This document shows, one piece after another, positions 50,120-61,980 of a stretch of DNA of 64,000 bases; the stretch's first letter is position 1; each line of letters begins with the position of its first letter. The stretch is from an uncultured Gemmatimonadales bacterium. GTDB lineage: Bacteria; Gemmatimonadota; Gemmatimonadetes; Gemmatimonadales; GWC2-71-9. The notes beneath the pieces were generated by a model that saw only the letters and a list, made by a program, of their open reading frames with translations, did not search any database and was not told the DNA's origin. The translations under genes were made by a program, and so were the position numbers. The stretch lies in assembly GCA_963730185.1 (NCBI GenBank), contig CAVSQW010000011.1:27291-91290 (forward strand), read 5' to 3'.

Positions 50120-51931
50120 ATGCGTTTCGCCCGCACGCTGTTGATCCTGGTCGCGGCCGCGGCTCTCCCGTCGCTGGTAACGGCGCAGACATATCCGGCC
50201 GGCAACGACCCCCGCGACGGCCTCAAGCCCGGCCGGTTCGATGCCGGCACCGCGGCCAGCCATATGCGCCTCGTGTCGTTCTCGCCCAAGCCCGCCGAGT
50301 TCGACAGTGCCCGCGGTCTCGTCTTCATCAACTCCGATCTGGCCTTCCGCGATCATTACGTGTACCAGGGCAACTTTGCCGGGTTCACGATCTGGGACGT
50401 CGCCGATCCAACCCATCCCACGGTCGTCTCGGCGGTCTCCTGCATCACCTCGCAGGGCGACCCGTCGATCGTCGGCAATCTGCTCTTCCTCTCGGCCGAG
50501 GGTGGCGGGAATCGGACCGACTGCGCCAAAGGCGGTGTCCAGGACCCCAAGGACCACATGGCCGGCGTCCGGATCTACGACGTCTCCAACCCGGCCAGCC
50601 CGCGGCTGGTGAAGAACGTGCAGACCTGCAAGGGCTCCCACACCCATACCGTGATCCCGGACCCCAAGGACAAGGGCACGATCTACATCTACGTGTCGGG
50701 GAATCAGTCGGCCCGGCCTGATTCGGAGCTGGCCGGCTGTCAGAACGGCACCGATCCCGCCGACCCGACGAACTCGCTCTACCGGCTCGACGTGATCAAG
50801 GTGCCGCTCGCCCATCCCGAGCAGGCCGCGGTGGTCACGGGCGCCCGCATCTTCACCGGCCTCGACGCCGCGCCCCACGCGGCCGGCCGACCGGCCCGCC
50901 GCCCGCGCGGCGCCGATCCCTCGGCTCCGCCCCCTCCACCGACCGGTCCACGCAACTGCCACGACGTCACGGCCTACCCGGCGATCAACCGGCTGGCCGG
51001 CGCCTGCGCCAGCTACGGCCTGCTGGTGGACATCTCGAATCCGGAGAAGCCGGTTCGGCTCGACGCGGTCGCCGACACCAACTTCTCGCTCTGGCACACG
51101 GCCGTGTTCAGCAACGACGGCAAGTCGGTCGTCTTCACCGACGAGTGGGGCGGCGGCACCGGGCCGATGTGCCAGGCCACCAGCATGATGGAGATGGGCG
51201 GCGACGCGATCCTCACCATCGCCGACGGCAAGAAGTACACCCAGCACGCCTACTTCAAGATTCCCACCGCCCAGTCCGCGCAGGAGAACTGCGTGTCGCA
51301 CAACGGCGGGCTCCTGCCGGTCCCCGGCCGGGACATCATGGTCCAGGGTTGGTACCAGGGCGGCGTGGACCTGATCGACTTCACCGATCCCGACCATCCC
51401 AAGGAGCTGGCATTCTTCGATCGCGGGCCGATCGACCCGCCGACCAACGCCCAACCGGAGGCGCCGGCCGGTGAGGGACGGGGGCGGCGGCTCCGGGGCA
51501 CCATCGGCGGGTCGTGGGGCGCCTACTGGTGGAACGGCTACATCTACTCCTCCGAGCTGGACCGGGGGTTCGACGTCTTCGAGCTCGAGCCGAGCGACCA
51601 GCTGTCAGCCAACGAGATCGAGGCCGCGAAGCTGGTCAGGCTGACGGAATACAACCCCCAGAGCCAGCCGCGGTACGAATGGCCGGCCGGGTTCCCGGTA
51701 ATCCGCTCCTACCTCGACCAGCTGGTCCGGAACCAGGGTCTCGATGCCGCCCGCACCGCGGCGATCTCCAACGCCCTCGGTGCCGCGGAGCGGCAGTCCG
51801 GCGCGGCCCGCCGGACCGCCCTGACCGCGCTCGCGAAGCAGGTCGCCGCCGACGCGCGGGGCGCCCGCGACGGCACCCGGGTGAAAGCCATGGCGGAGGC
51901 GATCACCGCCCTGGCGAAGGCGACGAGCTAG
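50120..51931 (+). CDS. Secreted LVIVD-repeat protein
   Basis: Signal peptide; NSDLAF, GFTIWDV, GSHTHT, CHDVT, VFTDEWGGG, ENCVSHNG, WYQGGVDLIDFTD; pairing with DUF305. Confidence 0.8.
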   Translation: MRFARTLLILVAAAALPSLVTAQTYPAGNDPRDGLKPGRFDAGTAASHMRLVSFSPKPAEFDSARGLVFINSDLAFRDHYVYQGNFAGFTIWDVADPTHPTVVSAVSCITSQGDPSIVGNLLFLSAEGGGNRTDCAKGGVQDPKDHMAGVRIYDVSNPASPRLVKNVQTCKGSHTHTVIPDPKDKGTIYIYVSGNQSARPDSELAGCQNGTDPADPTNSLYRLDVIKVPLAHPEQAAVVTGARIFTGLDAAPHAAGRPARRPRGADPSAPPPPPTGPRNCHDVTAYPAINRLAGACASYGLLVDISNPEKPVRLDAVADTNFSLWHTAVFSNDGKSVVFTDEWGGGTGPMCQATSMMEMGGDAILTIADGKKYTQHAYFKIPTAQSAQENCVSHNGGLLPVPGRDIMVQGWYQGGVDLIDFTDPDHPKELAFFDRGPIDPPTNAQPEAPAGEGRGRRLRGTIGGSWGAYWWNGYIYSSELDRGFDVFELEPSDQLSANEIEAAKLVRLTEYNPQSQPRYEWPAGFPVIRSYLDQLVRNQGLDAARTAAISNALGAAERQSGAARRTALTALAKQVAADARGARDGTRVKAMAEAITALAKATS

Positions 51932-51953
51932 GGTTTCCGCTCCGGGGCCGAGC

Positions 51954-53531
51954 CTAACCGCGAGGCTCGGCCAGGAGCCGGCGATGAATCGCTTCCAGCG
52001 CCGCGCGAGCGACCGCTGGAAGTGGTGGCGCCGTGTCGACCTCGATCCTGCATTTGCTCGGCACCTCGGCGGGCGGCTGGTATTCCGCCCGCTGAGCGTC
52101 GACCAGCTCCACCCGGCCGTCGCTCGGACCCCCGTGGCGCCCGGCCAGCCGTTCCCGCACCAGCACCTCGGGACACACCGTCTCGAGCAGCAGAAAGTCG
52201 GCCCCGGCGTCGCGGGCAACGGCGCGGGCCTCATGCCGCCAGGCGGCGTCCCGATAAGAAGCGTCGAGAATCACGCACCGCCCCTGGCGGAGCTCGTTCC
52301 CCGCGCGGCGGTGGAGCTCGTCGTAGGTGCGTCGAGTGGCCGCCTCCCCGTAGATCCCGGCCCCCCACTGCTCCGGGTGCGGGGTGTCGGGATCGAGCCC
52401 CGCCACCTCCTTCCGGATCGGATCCGAATTGAAGGTCACGGCCGGGAGCCGCTCCGCCAGCGCCCGCGCGAGCGACGTCTTGCCGGTGCCCATCAGCCCG
52501 GTGATCACCAGCAGCGCCGGCCGCTCCGGGTGGGCATACCGCCCCGCGAGTTCGAAGTACCGGGCCGCCTGATCGATCACCGCCCGCCGATCGGCGTCGG
52601 TCAGCCCGGCCTGGCGAAGCCGGAAGCTCCGGACCTTGCCCCGGGTGAAGGCCCGGTAGCACTGGTAGAACGGCATCACCCCGAGGGCCCCGGGATCGGC
52701 GGCGTCGCGGACGTAGGCCTCGATCAGCTCCCGCGCCAGGAGCGGCGCGCCGTGGTACTCCACGTCCATCGCGGTAAAGGCGATGTCCGCGGCCACGTCG
52801 CCAAAGCGGAAGCGCTCGTTGAACTCGATACAGTCGATGAAGGCGATCCCGTTGGTGATCGAGATCTGATCGGCGTGGAGGTCGCCGTGACAGTCGCGGA
52901 TCCGGCCCTCGGCCTCCCGGCGCCGGAACACCGGCTCGCGCTCCGCCAGAAACGCCGCGGTCCAGGCGGCCACCCGGTCGTGGAGCGGCCGGGTCAGGGT
53001 CACCCCGATGTACGATTCCGCCTGGGCGAAGTTCTCGGCCGTGTTGCCCCGCACGGCGTCGAGGCCGCCGACCGCCGTGATCCGGTCGTCGGTGGCCGCG
53101 TCGCGATGAAACGCGGCCACCCGGGCGGCGATCCGGCGCATCAGTCCGGGGTCGGCCTCACCCCGGTCCAGAAGATCCGCGAGCCACCGGTCGGGCGGCA
53201 GGCGGCGCATCCGGACCGCGTACTCGACCGGCCGCCCCTCGCCCTCGACGCCGTACCGGCCGTCGCGCTCGCGGATCGTCACCACGCCGAGATAGATGTC
53301 GGGGGAGAGTCGACGGTTCAAGCGGACTTCGTCGTCGCAGAAGCGGCGTCGAAGGGCCAGGGTGGTGAAGTCGAGGAAGCCGTAGTCGACCGGCTTCTTC
53401 ACCTTGTAGACGAAGTCGCCCGCGAAGAACAGCCACGAGATGTGCGTCTCCGCCATCGTGACCGCGGTGGGCCGCTCGTCGGCCGGGTACGCGCCCGGGT
53501 CGAGCAGGGCGCCCACCAGATCGGTGGCCAT
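51954..53531 (-). CDS. Bifunctional aminoglycoside-phosphotransferase-like / AAA_33 kinase (Rv2004c-like)
   Basis: ETHISW, YKVKKPV..GFLDF, DCHGDLH, DCIEFN, GLMGTGKT P-loop. Confidence 0.88.
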   Translation of the reverse strand: MATDLVGALLDPGAYPADERPTAVTMAETHISWLFFAGDFVYKVKKPVDYGFLDFTTLALRRRFCDDEVRLNRRLSPDIYLGVVTIRERDGRYGVEGEGRPVEYAVRMRRLPPDRWLADLLDRGEADPGLMRRIAARVAAFHRDAATDDRITAVGGLDAVRGNTAENFAQAESYIGVTLTRPLHDRVAAWTAAFLAEREPVFRRREAEGRIRDCHGDLHADQISITNGIAFIDCIEFNERFRFGDVAADIAFTAMDVEYHGAPLLARELIEAYVRDAADPGALGVMPFYQCYRAFTRGKVRSFRLRQAGLTDADRRAVIDQAARYFELAGRYAHPERPALLVITGLMGTGKTSLARALAERLPAVTFNSDPIRKEVAGLDPDTPHPEQWGAGIYGEAATRRTYDELHRRAGNELRQGRCVILDASYRDAAWRHEARAVARDAGADFLLLETVCPEVLVRERLAGRHGGPSDGRVELVDAQRAEYQPPAEVPSKCRIEVDTAPPLPAVARAALEAIHRRLLAEPRG

Positions 53532-53624
53532 CGGTCCTCCTTCCCGGTGCGACGCATCGGAGGATACCCCAATCTATGTCTACCCGGGAAGGATGAACCG
53601 GATGTGAGGCCGGCGTGAATCCCC

Positions 53625-55451
<1,827 letters not shown>

Positions 55452-55455
55452 ATGC

Positions 55456-56850
55456 TCAGACCAGACTCCGGCAAGTGTCGATCAGATTTCGGGCCATCGC
55501 CTCGGTCGGTGCCTCGGCGATGTACCGAACGATGGGCTCCGTCCCCGACGGCCGGACGTGGACCCAGCGATCCGGCCAGGCCAGCCTGAGGCCGTCGCGC
55601 GAGTCAGCCTCAGCAGCGTCGAAGTGGCGGCGGAGCGCCGCGTAAAGGGACTCTAAGTTCGCCCCCCGTGGTGACTTGGACTTCACGATCCGGTACCGGG
55701 GCGCTCCCGCGACCACCTCGCTCGGCCGCTGTCCTGTCCGGGCCAGGTGCTGCAAAATAAGCGCCACGCCGAGAGGCGCGTCTCGGCCGATGTGTAGCGC
55801 CGGAAGGATGACACCCCCATTGCCCTCCCCCCCGATCACCGCCCCTTCCGCCTGGATCGCCTGCGCCACGTTGGCCTCGCCAACCGGGGCCCGGACGAAC
55901 CGAGCCCCCGACTGGCGGGCGGCATCTTCCACGACGAGGCTGGTCGAGAGGTTGGCGACGACGACGGGACGTCGGGCGGGACCAGGCGGGGCGGAACGAG
56001 ATGGGGTGGCCGCCCCACCCTCACCCAGCACCGCCCTCACCGCGAACGCCAGGGTGTAGTCCTCGCCGATCGGCGTCCCCGTCTCATCCACGATCGCCAG
56101 GCGATCTACGTCCGGATCCACGGCCAGGCCAACGTCCGCGCCCGATCCGCGAACCAGCTCGGCCAGCTGGCCCAGGTTCTCCGGGATCGGCTCCGGCTCG
56201 CGGGGAAACCGGCCGTCGGTCTCGAGGTTGATGCCGATCACCCGGGCGCCGAGCTGCTCCAGCAGGGTGGGAATCACGGTGCCCCCCGCCCCCCGCACGC
56301 AATCCAGCGCGACGGTGAAACGACGCTTCCGGATGAGGGGAACGTCGACCTCCGGCAGGGCCAGGATGGCGGCCAGGTGGCGGGCGATCGCTTCGCCGTC
56401 TTCCGTGACCGAGCCGATCTCGTCCCACCCGGTGCGAGCCGGGCCGGCCTCGGCCAGCTGCCGCACGTCGCCGCCCGCCTCGGCCCCGAGGAAGATGCCG
56501 TCCGGCCCCACGAACTTGAGGGCGTTCCACTCGATCGGGTTGTGGCTGGCGGTGAGGATCAGACCCGCGCCGGCGTGGTGGTGCTCTACCGCCAGCTGGA
56601 CCGTCGGGGTCGGCACGATCCCGAGGTCGATCACGTCGGCCCCGACCGACATCAGTCCGGCCGTCGCGGCCCGGGCGAACATCGCTCCACTGGTCCGGGC
56701 GTCGCGCCCGAGCACCACGGTGTCGGCCCCCCGGGCCCGGGCCCAGGCGCCAAGCGCGGCCGCGTGGCGGGCTACCAGCTCGGGGGTCAGGTCCTTGCCG
56801 ACGATGCCCCGCATGCCTGAGACGGAAATCATCAGGGTGGCGGAGCTCAT
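55456..56850 (-). CDS. glmM: Phosphoglucosamine mutase / phosphohexomutase
   Basis: TASHNP, DPDVDR, GGEGNGG, RPSGTEP; directly upstream of glmS. Confidence 0.8.
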   Translation of the reverse strand: MSSATLMISVSGMRGIVGKDLTPELVARHAAALGAWARARGADTVVLGRDARTSGAMFARAATAGLMSVGADVIDLGIVPTPTVQLAVEHHHAGAGLILTASHNPIEWNALKFVGPDGIFLGAEAGGDVRQLAEAGPARTGWDEIGSVTEDGEAIARHLAAILALPEVDVPLIRKRRFTVALDCVRGAGGTVIPTLLEQLGARVIGINLETDGRFPREPEPIPENLGQLAELVRGSGADVGLAVDPDVDRLAIVDETGTPIGEDYTLAFAVRAVLGEGGAATPSRSAPPGPARRPVVVANLSTSLVVEDAARQSGARFVRAPVGEANVAQAIQAEGAVIGGEGNGGVILPALHIGRDAPLGVALILQHLARTGQRPSEVVAGAPRYRIVKSKSPRGANLESLYAALRRHFDAAEADSRDGLRLAWPDRWVHVRPSGTEPIVRYIAEAPTEAMARNLIDTCRSLV

Positions 56851-57914
56851 TGGACCTCGATCGGGAGTCGGGAGACGTCGGGAAAGGCGCGGCGGAAGGC
56901 CATGACCACGTCGGGATCGAACTGGAGGCCGGCGCAACGCTGGAGCTCCTCCATGGCGTCGGCCGGATGACGCGAGGCCCGGTAAGCCCGGTTGGTCGTC
57001 ATGGCGTCGAAGGCGTCGACCACGCTCACCACCCGGGCGTGCATCGGGATCAACTCGCCACGGAGCGCGTCCGGAAAGCCGGACCCGTCCATCCGCTCGT
57101 GGTGGTGGCGGACGATCTCGAGCACCACCGGATTGTCGCGGCGGAGCGGCTCGAGGATCTCCTCGCCCTCGACCACGTGCTTCTTGATCTCGTCGAACTC
57201 CGCTGGCGTGAGCGGGCCCGGCTTGTTCAGGACCGCATCGCGAGTGCCGATCTTGCCGATGTCGTGCAGGTCACCCCCCAGGCGGATCTGGTTCAGGAGC
57301 TCGCCCGTGAAGCCCAGCATCACCGCGGTGCGAACGGCGTATCGACTCACCCGCTGGGAATGGCCCCGGGTATACACGTCCTTCTTCTCCAGCATCCGCA
57401 CGGCCATCTGAACCTGGCCGACGAACTGCTCCTTGTTCTTCAGATCGAGCTCGCGCACTTGGGCTTCGAGGCGTTCCTGGTAGCTGTGTTGGAGATAGCG
57501 GTTCTCAAGAATAAGGCGACGTTTCTCGAGGGCATTTTCAACACGCGCCCGAAATTCCTCGATCAGCACCGGCTTGGCGAGATAGTCGAATGCGCCGTGT
57601 TGCAGGGCTTCGACGGCGGTCGTGACCTCGGCGACTCCGGTGAGCATCAGCACGGCCGTATCCGGATAGCGACGCTGCACCTCCCGGAGGAGTGTCAGCC
57701 CGTCCATCTCGGGCATGTAGATGTCACTGATCACGAGGGGGAGCTCGCCGACCTCGTCCAACAGCGCGAGTCCCTCTCGCCCGTCGGCCGCCTCGATCGC
57801 GCTCACCCCGATGGCTTGCAGCACCCTGGCGAGGGTCCGGCGCACCTGGGCGTCGTCGTCCACCACCAAGGCGCGCGGCGCCTCGGCACCGGCGCCCGTC
57901 CGACCGGGTTCCAT
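56847..57914 (-). CDS. Response regulator with HD-GYP phosphodiesterase domain (RpfG-like)
   Basis: REC (VVDDD, SDIYMP, KP); YTRGHSQRV, HDIGK, HHERMDGSGFP, DAFDAMT. Confidence 0.92.
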   Translation of the reverse strand: MEPGRTGAGAEAPRALVVDDDAQVRRTLARVLQAIGVSAIEAADGREGLALLDEVGELPLVISDIYMPEMDGLTLLREVQRRYPDTAVLMLTGVAEVTTAVEALQHGAFDYLAKPVLIEEFRARVENALEKRRLILENRYLQHSYQERLEAQVRELDLKNKEQFVGQVQMAVRMLEKKDVYTRGHSQRVSRYAVRTAVMLGFTGELLNQIRLGGDLHDIGKIGTRDAVLNKPGPLTPAEFDEIKKHVVEGEEILEPLRRDNPVVLEIVRHHHERMDGSGFPDALRGELIPMHARVVSVVDAFDAMTTNRAYRASRHPADAMEELQRCAGLQFDPDVVMAFRRAFPDVSRLPIEVQ

Positions 57915-58021
57915 GACGGTGGAACGTATTGCAGGCGAACGACTTCTGCAACAGATGCTTGCCCGAAAAGCGGCCCGTCGCTTAGAGTTCTTCTCCCTCT
58001 TTCCGCCCGATCGGCGCCCCC

Positions 58022-59185
58022 ATGACCCAGATTCGTGACGAGGACCTCGTCCATCGCCCGGCCACTCGAGCCGTGCATGCCGGCCAGGTCGACGACCCGT
58101 TGGCCGGCGCGATCATGCCGCCGATCTACCAGACCTCCACCTACCGGCAGGAGGCGCTGGGACGCCACAAAGGGTACGAATACGGGCGAACCCAGAACCC
58201 GACCCGGGAGGCGCTCGAGCGGAACGTGGCCAGCCTCGAGGGTGGCCGGATGGGCTTTGCCTTCGCCTCGGGCCTGGCCGCCCTCGACGCCATCATGAAG
58301 CTCCTCAAACAGGGCGACCACGTGGTGTCGGGCGCCAACGTATACGGCGGGAGCCACCGCCTGATGGTTCGGATCTACGAGGCGATGGGCCTCTCCTTCT
58401 CCTTCGTCGACGCCCGCGATCCCGAGCAGATCGCCCGGGCCGTGACGCCGGCCACCCGGCTGGTCTACTGCGAGACCCCGACCAATCCGATGATGTTCCT
58501 CACCGACCTCCGGGCGGTGGGAGACGTCTGCCAGTCGCGCGGGCTCCTCTTCGTGGTCGACAACACCTTCGCGAGCCCGATCCTCCAGAATCCGCTCTCG
58601 TTCGGCGCCGACCTGGTCCTCCATTCGACCACCAAGTACATCAACGGCCACAGCGACATGGTGGGCGGGATGCTGGTGACCAGCCGCGACGACCTCGGCG
58701 AGCGGTTGGGCTTCATCCAGAACGCCAGCGGTGCCGTGCCCGGTCCAATGGACTGCTGGCTCGCGCTCCGGGGCGTCAAGACCCTGCCGCTCCGGATGAA
58801 ACAGCACGACCAGAGCGGCCGCCGGATCGCGGCCTGGCTGGTCGAGCAGCCCCAGGTCAAGAAGGTCTACTACCCCGGGCTTCCGTCCCACCCGCAACAC
58901 GCCCTGGCCAAGGAGCAGATGTGCGGCTTCGGGGGAATGATCTCCTTCGACGTGGGCGACGTGGCGGTGGCCAGGAAGATCCTGGCCGGCACCAAGATCT
59001 TCGCCCTGGCCGAATCCCTCGGCGGGGTCGAGAGTCTGATCGGCCACCCCGCGTCGCAGACCCACGCGTCGGTGCCCCCGGCAATGCGCCAGGAAATGGG
59101 GCTCACCGACAGCCTGGTCCGACTCTCGGTAGGCATCGAGGACGTCGAAGACCTGATCGAGGACCTGGCCCAGGCGATGGCCTAG
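58022..59185 (+). CDS. Cystathionine gamma-synthase/gamma-lyase
   Basis: PIYQTSTY, YEYGRTQNPTR, ETPTNP, DNTFASP, HSTTKYINGHSD, AESLGGVESL. Confidence 0.93.
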   Translation: MTQIRDEDLVHRPATRAVHAGQVDDPLAGAIMPPIYQTSTYRQEALGRHKGYEYGRTQNPTREALERNVASLEGGRMGFAFASGLAALDAIMKLLKQGDHVVSGANVYGGSHRLMVRIYEAMGLSFSFVDARDPEQIARAVTPATRLVYCETPTNPMMFLTDLRAVGDVCQSRGLLFVVDNTFASPILQNPLSFGADLVLHSTTKYINGHSDMVGGMLVTSRDDLGERLGFIQNASGAVPGPMDCWLALRGVKTLPLRMKQHDQSGRRIAAWLVEQPQVKKVYYPGLPSHPQHALAKEQMCGFGGMISFDVGDVAVARKILAGTKIFALAESLGGVESLIGHPASQTHASVPPAMRQEMGLTDSLVRLSVGIEDVEDLIEDLAQAMA

Positions 59186-59571
59186 TGTCCGCCGGCGAAG
59201 GCCTCCTGGGCTTCGTGACAGGACTGGGCCTGGGACTCCTGGTGGCCGCGGTGGTGCTGGTGGTGTGGAAGGCGCGCTACACCAAGGCGATCCGCCGCGA
59301 CGCGGTGGCCCGCAGTCAGGCAGTCACCGCCGGCAAGATTCAGGAGCAGCTCGTGCCCCACCTTCCCGGGTTCGCCTTCAACCCGCGGGACGCCCGCTTC
59401 CTCGGCTCGCCGATCGACTTCGTGATCTTCGACGGGCTCGCGGCGGGGCCGGTCGAGCGGGTGGTGTTCCTCGAGGTCAAGACCGGCGGCGCGACCTTGA
59501 GCGCCCGGGAACGGCAGGTCCGCGACGCCGTCCGCGCCGGCCGGGTGGAATGGCGCGAATGGCGGCCATGA
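59185..59571 (+). CDS. Membrane-anchored Holliday-junction-resolvase-like endonuclease (Endonuc_Holl-type)
   Basis: N-terminal TM; DAVARSQAV..GKIQEQLVP, DARFLGSPIDFVIFDGL, FLEVKTG. Confidence 0.85.
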   Translation: MSAGEGLLGFVTGLGLGLLVAAVVLVVWKARYTKAIRRDAVARSQAVTAGKIQEQLVPHLPGFAFNPRDARFLGSPIDFVIFDGLAAGPVERVVFLEVKTGGATLSARERQVRDAVRAGRVEWREWRP

Positions 59572-60407
59572 CCCCGCTCGAGTTCACCCTCCTCGTCTTT
59601 CTGATCTCGATCACGGCCGGAGTGGTCGGCTCCCTGCTTGGGCTGGGAGGGGGCATCATCGTGATCCCGGCCCTCACCCTGATCTTCAAGATCGACATCC
59701 GCTACGCGATCGGCGCCTCGATCGTGTCGGTGATCGCCACCTCGAGCGGCGCGGCGGCCGCCTACGTTCGCGAGCACCTCACCAACCTCAGGGTGGCGAT
59801 GGTGCTGGAGGTCGCCACCACGATCGGCGCCCTCACCGGCGCCGCGGTGGCGGGACTGGTCGACGGCCGCTGGCTCTACCTCGTCTTCGGGGTCGTGATG
59901 AGCTACTCGTCGTTGATGATGTTCCGGAACCGGCACGAGCGCGCGGCCGTACCCAACCGGCCGTCCCGCTGGGCCGACGCCCTCCGTCTCCACGGCGAGT
60001 ACTACGACCCGGCCTTGCAGCGGACGGTCCGTTACCGGGTCGCCAACACTCCGGTGGGCCTCGGGCTCATGTACGTCGCCGGCGTGGTGAGCGGGCTCCT
60101 GGGCATCGGATCCGGGGCGCTCAAGGTCCCGGCCATGGACCTGGCGATGCAGCTGCCGATCAAGGTCTCGACCGCCACCAGCAATTTCATGATCGGGGTG
60201 ACCGCGGCGGCCAGCGCCGGCGTGTATTTCGTCCGGGGCGACATCGACCCCTTCGTGGCCGCCCCGGTGGCGACCGGCGTGCTGGTCGGGGCCACGATCG
60301 GTTCCCGCCTGTTGGGCCGGCTCCACGGCACGACGGTGCGCCGGGTCTTCGTGGTCGTGCTCTTGGTCGTCTCGGCCGAGATGCTCTGGCGGGGGATCCG
60401 GGGATGA
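59568..60407 (+). CDS. TauE/SafE (TSUP) family transporter
   Basis: GSLLGLGGGIIVIP, AIGASIVSVIATSSG, SGLLGIGSGALKVPAMD, STATSNFMIGVT. Confidence 0.92.
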   Translation: MTPLEFTLLVFLISITAGVVGSLLGLGGGIIVIPALTLIFKIDIRYAIGASIVSVIATSSGAAAAYVREHLTNLRVAMVLEVATTIGALTGAAVAGLVDGRWLYLVFGVVMSYSSLMMFRNRHERAAVPNRPSRWADALRLHGEYYDPALQRTVRYRVANTPVGLGLMYVAGVVSGLLGIGSGALKVPAMDLAMQLPIKVSTATSNFMIGVTAAASAGVYFVRGDIDPFVAAPVATGVLVGATIGSRLLGRLHGTTVRRVFVVVLLVVSAEMLWRGIRG

Positions 60408-60778
60408 GCGTCGAGCTCCTGATCAGCCGGCTGCTCCGGATCGGGGTGGTGCTGAGCCTGGCGCTGGTGGTGACCGGGAGCGTGGTCCGCTTCGTCCATC
60501 ACCACGACTACGCCAGCTCGCCGGAGGAGCTCCACCGGCTCACCGCGCCGGGAGCGGCCTTCCCCCACACCCTGAGGGCCGTCGCCGACGGGTTACGGTC
60601 GGGACAGGGTCAGGCCATCGTCGCCGTGGGGTTGCTCCTGCTGATCCTCACCCCGGTGATGCGGGTGGGGGTGTCGATCGCCGCCTTCGCGCGGGAGCGG
60701 GACTGGGCCTTCGGGGCGATCACCACCCTGGTGTTCGCCCTGCTGATCCTCTCCTTCCTCCTGGGCAAGGCGGTCTGA
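60404..60778 (+). CDS. DUF1634 membrane protein
   Basis: ISRLLRIGV, GLLLLILTPVMRV; typical partner of this TauE subfamily. Confidence 0.85.
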   Translation: MSVELLISRLLRIGVVLSLALVVTGSVVRFVHHHDYASSPEELHRLTAPGAAFPHTLRAVADGLRSGQGQAIVAVGLLLLILTPVMRVGVSIAAFARERDWAFGAITTLVFALLILSFLLGKAV

Positions 60779-60945
60779 ACGGGCCCGCGGCCGCTCCGAT
60801 CGCCACCTCGGCGCTTCCCCACACCCGGCCCGGGGTATAGCCTTCGGGCCGTCCCGTCGCGGGAGCCCGATCACCCCGAATCGCGCTCTCGGCGGGAGCA
60901 CCCTCGGGAGCACGCCATGCACGAGCAGCCGGCGTCCACGCCGTC

Positions 60946-61254
60946 GTGACGCCTCCGGGCGACGACGAGGCCGGGTCCGTCAGGGACAACGCCCCGGCTC
61001 ATCGCTACGAGATCGACCTCGGCGGACCGCCGGCGGTGCTGGCGTATCGCCGGCGGCCGGGCGCGATCGAGCTCCTCCACACCGAGGTTCCACCGGCGCA
61101 TCGCGGTCGGGGCCTGGCGGAGCGGCTGGCCCGGCATGCGCTCGACGCGGCCCGGCGCGAAGGCCTCCGGGTCGTTCCGACCTGTCCGTTCGTACAGGCC
61201 TATCTCCGGCGACACCCCGAGGATCAGGCACTCACGGGCGGACCGACCGACTGA
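60946..61254 (+). CDS. Minimal GNAT acetyltransferase (YjdJ-like)
   Basis: RYEI, HTEVPPAHRGRGLA, VVPTCPFV..YLRRHPE. Confidence 0.88.
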   Translation: MTPPGDDEAGSVRDNAPAHRYEIDLGGPPAVLAYRRRPGAIELLHTEVPPAHRGRGLAERLARHALDAARREGLRVVPTCPFVQAYLRRHPEDQALTGGPTD

Positions 61255-61296
61255 CCGACCGGCCCCGGGCCGGGCTACCACGGGCGGAGCGGCACG

Positions 61297-61980
61297 ATGA
61301 CGACGACGTTCAGGGACCAACACGTGGTGATCACCGGCGGCGACGGCGGGCTGGGACACGCCGTCGTCCGGACCTTCGCGGCGGCGGGCGCGATCTGCCA
61401 CCTGCCCGTCCGGGGAGAGGCCACCGCCCCATCCGCCGAAGGCGTCCACCTCACCGGCGGCGTCGACCTGACCGACGAGCCGGCCGTGGAGCGGTACTAC
61501 GGTTCGCTCCCGCCCCTGGCGGCCTCGGTCCACCTGGCGGGGACCTTCGCGGCCAAGCCGATCGTCGAGACCACCCGTGCCGACCTGGAACGGCTCCTCT
61601 CGATCAACCTGCTCACGGCCTTCCTCTGCAGCCGGGAAGCGGTCAAGTCGATGCGGCGGCGGGGCGGAGGACGGATCGTAAACGTGGCCGCCCGGGTGGT
61701 GGAGGCGCCCGTGGCGGGGATGATCGCCTACACCGTCTCCAAGGCCGGGGTCGCGAGCCTGACCCGGAGCCTGGCCGAGGAGGTGAAGGCGGACGGCATC
61801 CTGGTGAACGCGGTCCTGCCGTCGATCATCGATACGCCCGCCAACCGGGCCGCGATGCCCAAGGCCGACCACAGCCGTTGGCCCCAGCCGGCCGAGCTCG
61901 CCCAGACCGTGCTCTGGCTGGCATCCGCCGAGAACGCCCTGACCTCGGGCGCCTTGGTGCCGGTGTACGGCCGGGCGTGA
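61297..61980 (+). CDS. Short-chain dehydrogenase/reductase
   Basis: ITGGDGGLG, YTVSK, VNAVLPSIIDTPANRAAMP. Confidence 0.9.
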   Translation: MTTTFRDQHVVITGGDGGLGHAVVRTFAAAGAICHLPVRGEATAPSAEGVHLTGGVDLTDEPAVERYYGSLPPLAASVHLAGTFAAKPIVETTRADLERLLSINLLTAFLCSREAVKSMRRRGGGRIVNVAARVVEAPVAGMIAYTVSKAGVASLTRSLAEEVKADGILVNAVLPSIIDTPANRAAMPKADHSRWPQPAELAQTVLWLASAENALTSGALVPVYGRA

